A DNA stretch of 64,000 nt from Entomortierella parvispora E1425 (taxonomy: Eukaryota; Fungi; Mortierellomycota). Both the position numbers and the translations under genes were made by a program. The stretch covers positions 1,612,001 to 1,676,000 of the forward strand of contig BQFW01000006.1 in assembly GCA_020891255.1 (NCBI GenBank), given 5' to 3'. Under the pieces are notes generated by a model, which saw only the letters and a list, made by a program, of their open reading frames with translations, made no database searches and was not told where the DNA came from. Positions 56,855 through 64,000 of the stretch are shown piece after piece; the stretch's first letter is position 1, and every line of letters begins with the position of its first letter.

Positions 56855-57130
56855 GAAAGTTGAATGGAAGGAACGTGCGAGATGGGTCAGGAGTCTATGA
56901 GGAAGAAAGAATAGGGGAGTGAAGGATTGAGAGTTGAGAGAATGAAAGAAAAGTAAGAAAGGAAGGAGTGTTGCCGAGGCAAGGGAAGGGGGAAGGGACA
57001 AGACAAAGCAATGCGAGGCAAGGGGCGCATGTGCATCAAATGGTCAGACATGCATGCGTCCAATTGTCTCCCCACTGAAATCCCGAATAAATAATAAATT
57101 TAGCGCGATTCAGTTTCAGCGCTGCCCTTC

Positions 57131-57673
57131 TTGTTTGGAGTCGGCCAGGAAAGGCCTTTCATCGCCTCTAACTCTCAGCCACATGCGCAGGTGATGTTCG
57201 GTCTTCACATCGAGGTGAACACAACTGAAAACCTCCTCCAGAAGGTCCTACGAAAGGGCCGTAGGAAGAAACAACCGGCCCGCACTCCCCTTTTATTTAC
57301 TGATTTTGCGTTGTCTCTCATGAAAGTTTTACGAATATGCTCTAGGCGGCCCACTTCAACGGCCACTCAGACCGAGAATGTCGAATTTGGGTTCAGCTCA
57401 GGCCAACACAAATATTTCACTGTCTCTCCTCCACCAGCAAGCACGCATGCGCAACTCGTGTTTGTAGCCCAGGTGAAAATCAAAATAATCGATGCCTTGC
57501 TAGCATGGGCGCTTACGAAGGTGGAAAGGACCCTGCAGGAGGAGAAAGCTGAGTTCGACCAGAAGCAAGGACAAATGCATGATGTCCAAGCAAAGCTCGA
57601 GGAGCAAAAGAAGGCCCCCGAGGCTTTGAAGTGTCTCTGGATCAGCTCACCGTTGCTGCGACGAGTCCCTTGA
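57131..57673 (+). other. Unassigned 180-codon open frame ending in a coiled-coil-like segment; possible gene relic
   Basis: The ORF track starts it at TTG. The 3' part KVERTLQEEKAEFDQKQGQMHDVQAKLEEQKK looks protein-like, but no convincing ATG or splice model was found. Confidence 0.2.
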
Positions 57674-57898
57674 AGACGGAGAGCTATTGTTTGCAATAAG
57701 AGAGAGAGGTAGAGATTGCAATTAGCGAGGTGGCGGCAAAGAGATCAGATATCTTTTTCTTGCTCTCTGCCGTTTCTTTGACTCACAGCTGCAAATATTA
57801 TTCTCCGAACTATTGTAGACCCTATCTCTCTTCTCTTCTCCCCCATTCCCATTGCCCCCTTCCATTCTCAACTAACTGCACGCTCACTGCTCATTCTC

Positions 57899-59025
57899 AT
57901 GTCGTCCTTACCTCGCACCTCATTTAGACCCTGCATTGACCTTCATTCCGGACAGGTCAAGCAGATTGTCGGTGGCTCTCTGAACGACAGCGACGCCTCC
58001 CAACTCAAGACCAACTTTGTTTCAACGTAAGTGCCTGGATGTACTCGCTCTTTGCTACATACCCCAGCTTTTGCATCTGTAGACACGCAGACAGACCTTT
58101 TCTGTTTCCCAAGTTCTAATCAGCAATCCTGGTGCCGATAGAGAACCCCCATCATACTACGCGCAATTGTACCGTGAAAACAGGCTGACAGGAGCTCATG
58201 TCATCAAACTGGGACCCGGAAATGACAATGCAGCAAAGGAATGTCTCCGTACTTGGCCAGGTAAAGAGATAAAGAGAGATGATTGATCTGCTTTGATCTT
58301 GACCTTGTCATACCCAAGAAATATAATCTAATGCCCTCTTCATTCCTTTGTTTTTTCTAGATGGTCTTCAGATTGGAGGCGGAATCACACTCGAGAATGC
58401 CCAGGCATGGATCGACGCTGGAGCTGCAAAGGTCATTGTTACATCCTTTCTTTTTCCAGGAGCAAAGTTTTCATTGGAGCGGTTACAGGCCATTTCCAAG
58501 GCTGTAGGCAAAGATAGACTTGTGGTCGATGTGAGCTGCAGGCGGAGGGGTTCAGAGTGGGTCGTGGCCATGGACAAATGGCAGACTATGACTGATATGA
58601 ACGTGAACCAGGAATCGCTGGCGATCTTGGCCGAATATTGCTCAGAGTTCTTGGTCCATGCTGCAGATATCGAGGGATTGTGCAAAGGAATCGATGAGGA
58701 TCTTGTCAAAGGTTAGTGCAAAGAGAAGAAGGGCACCTGTGGACTCGGATAAAAATATCGGAGATGGTATGGTAATGGTATTAACGGTGCTTGCTTGCTT
58801 TGCCTGTCTGAAATAGCTCTGGGAGAATGGACGACGATTCCCACCACGTACGCAGGAGGGGCGAATGCATTGAGTGATCTTGCACTGGTCGATAGACTGT
58901 CGCACGGCAAGGTTGATTTGACGTATGGCAGTGCGCTGGATGTGTTTGGCGGCAAGACGGTGCGCTTTGCAGACTGTGTCGCGTGGAATCATCAGAGCAG
59001 CCAGCCTGCAGAGAGTGCAGAGTGA
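57899..59025 (+). CDS. HIS6: ProFAR isomerase (histidine biosynthesis)
   Basis: Four exons. Motifs [57 protein letters not shown] and [13 protein letters not shown]. Confidence 0.96.
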
Positions 59026-59297
59026 GAGCAGAGCAACAAAATAAAAAAAAAGAACGCTTTCAAAACACGTGACCTGATCCCTCCACGCAGCACATGCATC
59101 TCCGAACTCCTCCCACGACGTCTCTCACCCTATCGAAATTTCGGATCGTGTTTTCCGAGCCCCCCAGCGTCCGACCGCCCCTTCCTCGCCCTGCACGTCG
59201 TCCGCATCCCCATCTGTCCATTACATCCATCTCTTCCCTTTCATCTCCCCTCCCTCTCTCCACTCTTCCCTTCCCCCCCCTCAACTAGCTCGCCATC

Positions 59298-62220
59298 ATG
59301 TTGCGCGCCTTATCAAAGACAAGTCGCGTCGCCCTTCGCCAGGCCGGAGGTAAACACCGCCCGCATCTCAATCCGCTCCGGATCAGTCTCTGTCTCTCTC
59401 CTCTCTCTCTCTTTCTCTCTTCCTCGGAGCATATCCCCTTTCAGGGCAGCATATGAATGGTGTGCCTGGATCAGTCCAGACCTGTCATCATGCTTCAATC
59501 CACCCTCTCAGACCTTGGACTACGTAGACAGACTGGATACATCCCGACAACTTCATCACTCGCCCTGCATCGCGCCCGTCTTTTCTTTTTCCGGAGTGAT
59601 CGGATCTCGGACATGATGCAAGGGCCCGGATTCTCTTTCAGATTGGACAGGATCCCGAATCATTTGAGCGCTACTCTGGCGCCTTCTTTTTCATCCGACA
59701 ACAGGGCACCATCCTGGGTTTTTATTGTCATTCCTACTCGATGCTGACCTGATCCGCTCACTATTGCTCGCTCTGTCACGTATATAGCTCCTCGTCAGTT
59801 CCGCACCTCTGCCGTCGTCAAGAACGAGGTTGAGGTCTTTGTTGATGGCAAGGCTGTCAAGGTCGAGGCTGGATCGGCTGTTATCCAGGCCTGCGAAAAG
59901 GCCGGTGTTCATATCCCCCGCTTCTGTTACCACGAGCGTTTGTCCGTTGCTGGAAACTGCAGAATGTGCTTGGTCGAGGTCGAAAAGTCGCCCAAGCCCG
60001 TCGCCTCGTGCGCATTCCCCGTTATGCCCGGAATGAAGATCAAAACCGACTCAAAGTTGGTCAAGAAGGCTCGTGAGGGTGTCATGGAATTCCTGTTGGC
60101 CAACCATCCTTTGGATTGCCCCATTTGCGACCAGGGAGGAGAGTGTGATCTTCAGGACCAGTCTGTTCGCTACGGTTCCGACCGTGGTCGTTTCACCGAG
60201 GTTGTTGGCAAGCGTGCTGTCGAGGACAAGGAGTTGGGACCTCTGATCAAGACCACCATGACCCGTTGTATTCACTGCACCCGTTGCGTCCGTTTCGCTA
60301 ACGAAGTTGCCGGATTCCAGGATCTCGGAACCTCTGGACGCGGTAACGACATGCAGATCGGAACTTATATCGAGAAGACCATGAACTCTGAGGTACGTTT
60401 TTATCTGGCGAGTGGTCCTTGTTCTTGTTGATTGCACGGGTAGAATCTAATCGGCTATTTTTCTTTTTTTTTTCTTCTCCTTTTCCCCTATGTTATTTTG
60501 GACTCTGATCGACAATTGTATTGCATTGGACATACTGGATTCGCCTCATGGATCAAATGAATCGCCCTATTTGCGCCTCAGTTGTCTGGAAACTTGGCTG
60601 ATGTCTGCCCCGTTGGAGCTCTTCTCGCCAAGCCTTACACCTTCAACGCCCGTCCTTGGGAGCTTAAGAACACCGAGTCTATCGATGTCTTGGATGCCCT
60701 TGGATCCAACATCCGTGTCGACTCTCGCGGTGTGGAGGTCATGCGTATTCTCCCCCGCTTGAACGAGGAGATCAACGAGGAGTGGATCTCTGACAGAACT
60801 CGCTCTGCCTATGACGGTCTCAAGACCCAGCGTTTGACTACCCCCATGGTTCGCAAGGGTGATACCTTCGTGAACGTCAACTGGGCTGAGGCTTTGAACA
60901 AGGTTGCCTCCGAGATGAAGGCTGCTGGCCCCAGTATTAAGGCCGTTGCTGGTCAGTTGGCCGATGCTGAGACTTTGGTCTCCCTCAAGGATCTCGTCAA
61001 CACTCTTGGCTCAGAGAACGTCACTGTCGATAACCGTCGCCAGGATACCCCCGCTCACGGTGCAGACTTCCGTTCCAACTACTTGTTGAACTCCACCATT
61101 GCCGGTATTGAGCAGGCCGATGCCCTTCTTTTGATCGGTACCAACCCCCGTCACGAAGCCTCTGTCATGAACGCTCGTATCCGCAAGTCTTTCGTCTACA
61201 ACGGCTTGAACGTTGGTCTCGTCGGTGCTCCCGTCGACTTGACCTATGACTATGAGCACATTGGTGCCGACACTGCCTCTCTCGAGGCTTTGGTTTCTGG
61301 CAAGCATGCCTTCTCTGCCCAGTTGGCTTCCGCCAAGAACCCCATGATCATCATTGGAAGCGGTGTTAACGACTTGCCCGATAGCGAGTACGTTTTCTCC
61401 GCCGTCTCCAAGATTGTCGACCAGCACAAGGACAAGTTCTTCCAGGAGAACTGGAACGGTTACAACGTTCTCCAGCGCGTAAGTACACCTTTGGCTGATG
61501 GTGTAGTGATGGCTATGGCCTTTTTTTTTTTTTTTTTTTTTTTTACAACTCTGATTTCTAACAGTTTTATTTATATAATTTTGGATACGGATATAGGCTG
61601 CCAGCAGAGCCGCTGCTTATGATATCGGTTTCGTTCCCCAGGCCAAGGAGGCTGAGAAGGCCAAGTTTGTGTACTTGCTCGAGGCTGATGAGATCTCTGC
61701 CAGCGATATTCCCAAGGATGCCTTTGTCGTCTACCAGGGACACCACGGAGATGTTGGAGCTCAATACGCCGATGTGATCTTGCCAGGAGCCACCTATACC
61801 GAGAAGAGCGCCACATATGTCAACACGGAAGGACGTCCTCAGATGACCCGTGCTGCCGTTCCACCACCAGGTGCTGCTCGTGAGGACTGGAAGATTATCC
61901 GTGCCCTTTCGGAGGTTGCTGGTGCCACCCTTCCTTACGATGATGTTCACCAGGTCCGCGACCGTCTCCGTGACATTGCCCCCTCATTCGCTCACTACAA
62001 CGTTGTCGAGCCCAGCTCTGTGGCCGTTGCATCCTTGGGTCTCTCCACGCTGAACAAGTCTGGTGCCAAGTCCGCCAAGACCTTGTTGACGCCCGTGATC
62101 TCTGACTACTACATGACCGACTCTATTACCCGTGCCTCTTCAACAATGGCCAAGTGCTCTGTTGCTTTCTCAAAGGGAACCCACCGCCCAGAAGAGTCCG
62201 AGTTCAAGATCGAGGCTTAA
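59298..62220 (+). CDS. NDUFS1: NADH:ubiquinone oxidoreductase 75-kDa Fe-S subunit
   Basis: A presequence exon, then [51 protein letters not shown] and [13 protein letters not shown]. Multi-exon. Confidence 0.98.
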
Positions 62221-62578
62221 AAAACCACCCCTACAACCATGTACATCCAAGCGAAAATCATCACCACCCCCTCATCACACACCATCCCCCCATTCGAAAT
62301 AATGACCGACACCCACCCCCAAAACTAAAAACATTGAGGTAGACCTTGACCGGGCCAGGAGAAGGTCGGTCAACAAAAGAGTGAACACAAAAGAGAGAGA
62401 GAGAAGAATTTGAAAAATAGAATAACAAATCATTTGAAACATATCCGACCATTGACTGGGATGCCTGCATGTGTATGTTGCTCTTGAGCAAAGATGATGA
62501 ATACATCGGTAGGAGCTGGGCAAAGCCTTCAAGAGAATTACATGCTGGGTTTATTATGAACGTCTTGCTACTGTCTTC

Positions 62579-64000
62579 TTACATGTGGAACGATCCTCCT
62601 TGTTCCTGCGCCTGAGCCATTAATCGACGCCTTGACCGTGTGCGATAAGCGATCATGTCCTGCTCCGGCTCCATGAAAAGGCTCTGACTCTCCTCAGTCC
62701 CCCCTTCTCCCAAAGTCAGGTCGTCTCCATCGGGTGCATTTCGGCTGTACCGGATGCCAAAGTGCTTTGGCATCTCTGTATCGTCTCCAAAGAGCGCGCT
62801 CTCCTCCTCCAGATCATGGAGTTCTGACGGTTCCAAAGAGGGCAACCTCCTTAACCGAGGGGAGGACTCGTGCTCAAGAGCAGTGGAAGTCGTTGCCTCA
62901 GTTGAAGATGATCCTTGCTCCAATGTCTCCACAGCGCTAGTGTTTCCAAAGGTCGCTGCAGCAGCGGCAGCTGCCGTCTCGTTCTCGTCATGCAGGTTGT
63001 GGAGCTGTCGTCCGACAAGATATTCTTCGTCACGAACATATTGACCCCATCCTCGGATGATCTGAACCATCTCCTTGAGACCAACTGCTATCAGAACAAT
63101 AATCAAGAATGTTGGATAGGAATGTGCCATGATCTTTCCGCGAATGGGACCTTCAAGACCTAGCAAGACCAGAGAATTAAAAAAAAAAAAAATAAAAAAA
63201 ACAAAAAAAAGGAATTTCCATGGTTAAAAACTCAGGTCTTGTCACAGATATCAAAACAACATGATATTCTATGCTACGTGTCCAAAGATGACAATACCTT
63301 TGTACTGGATGACAGCCCAGGCCAGAGCAAGGGGACATGAAATCACCAGAAAAGATGCCATAATAGCAGGTAAGATGAGTCGACGGGTGGCCAGGCCTGC
63401 GTCCCACTGATGAACGTCTGCATTCACAAAGACCCTGTTCAAGTCTGCAATCAACGCGTTATCCGGCATCGCCGTCAGTATCCGATGGCAGATCTTCATA
63501 TAGATCAATCCCACCGCCCAGTTCACCACAAAGATCATGCCACCCTCGCCGTCCACTGCTGAACGCAAGGGCAAGATAAGGTACAGCTCCACCATGAGAC
63601 CCAGAGCCAAAGGTAAAATAATCCCGAAAGTGAGGACAAAGTACGCCAACTTGACGCCTGCCGTGACAACTCTCCAAACTGCCTTCAGTCGAGACTTGAG
63701 GTCCCTAGGTTGAAGTTCTTCGCCCATTTCTGCGGTCATGGTTGCCCTTGACCGCAGTTTAGCCAAAATCCAGTTGCCAGAGTACCAGATCCCAGCCAGG
63801 ACGTAGACTCCAGCAGTGATACAGTGAATGTCACGTATATGGTTCATGCCCGTCCACATGAAAATTGCTCGACCCACAACCACTATGCAGCAAAAAATTA
63901 ATGACATCACAGTAGGTTAGATCTTATAGTTCATAAAGAGACCCAACAGCGTTGCCAAGATATCATAGCGCTTTTAGAGCAGGCAAACTTACAGGGACAA
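62579..64000 (-). CDS. DOA10: 3' end of the Doa10/MARCH6 ERAD E3 ubiquitin ligase; gene begins beyond the right edge
   Basis: Multi-TM segments (GIILPLALGLMVELYLILP, NWAVGLIYMKI) and the conserved C-terminal element VRDEEYLVGRQLHNL. Confidence 0.85.

Overview
Gene-dense eukaryotic window of about 50% GC with GT-AG introns, CTRAC branch points and Gln-rich coding repeats. Gene content and style fit an early-diverging fungus, probably Mortierellaceae (inference). I read about 24 protein genes: farnesyl-PP synthase (partial), an SH3 membrane protein, a 2-TM protein, COA8, a crotonase plus carboxyltransferase divergent pair, an RGG orphan, an HDAC, TMEM135, a two-finger GATA factor, an F-box protein, MIR1, MDV1/CAF4, an O-fucosyltransferase-like protein, an ALO-type flavoprotein, a SKP1 paralog, ECH1, SEC31, a bacterial-like SDR, a TLDc protein, a Tubby protein, HIS6, NDUFS1 and DOA10 (partial). 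There is also one tRNA-His and a spliced non-coding host transcript, invisible to the ORF track, whose introns each carry a box C/D snoRNA, including a clear U14. Best leads: (1) a head-to-head pair of PTS1-tagged, bacterial AtuC/AtuE-like enzymes suggesting a peroxisomal biotin-dependent branched or terpenoid acyl-CoA pathway; (2) a class IIa-type HDAC that keeps the catalytic Tyr, is fused to a Tudor-knot reader and is split by a ~340-aa AT-hook-containing insert; (3) the intronic snoRNA polycistron with orphan guides. No transposon, CRISPR array or rRNA was recognised. Exon coordinates were read by hand, and family assignments come from remembered motifs, not database searches.
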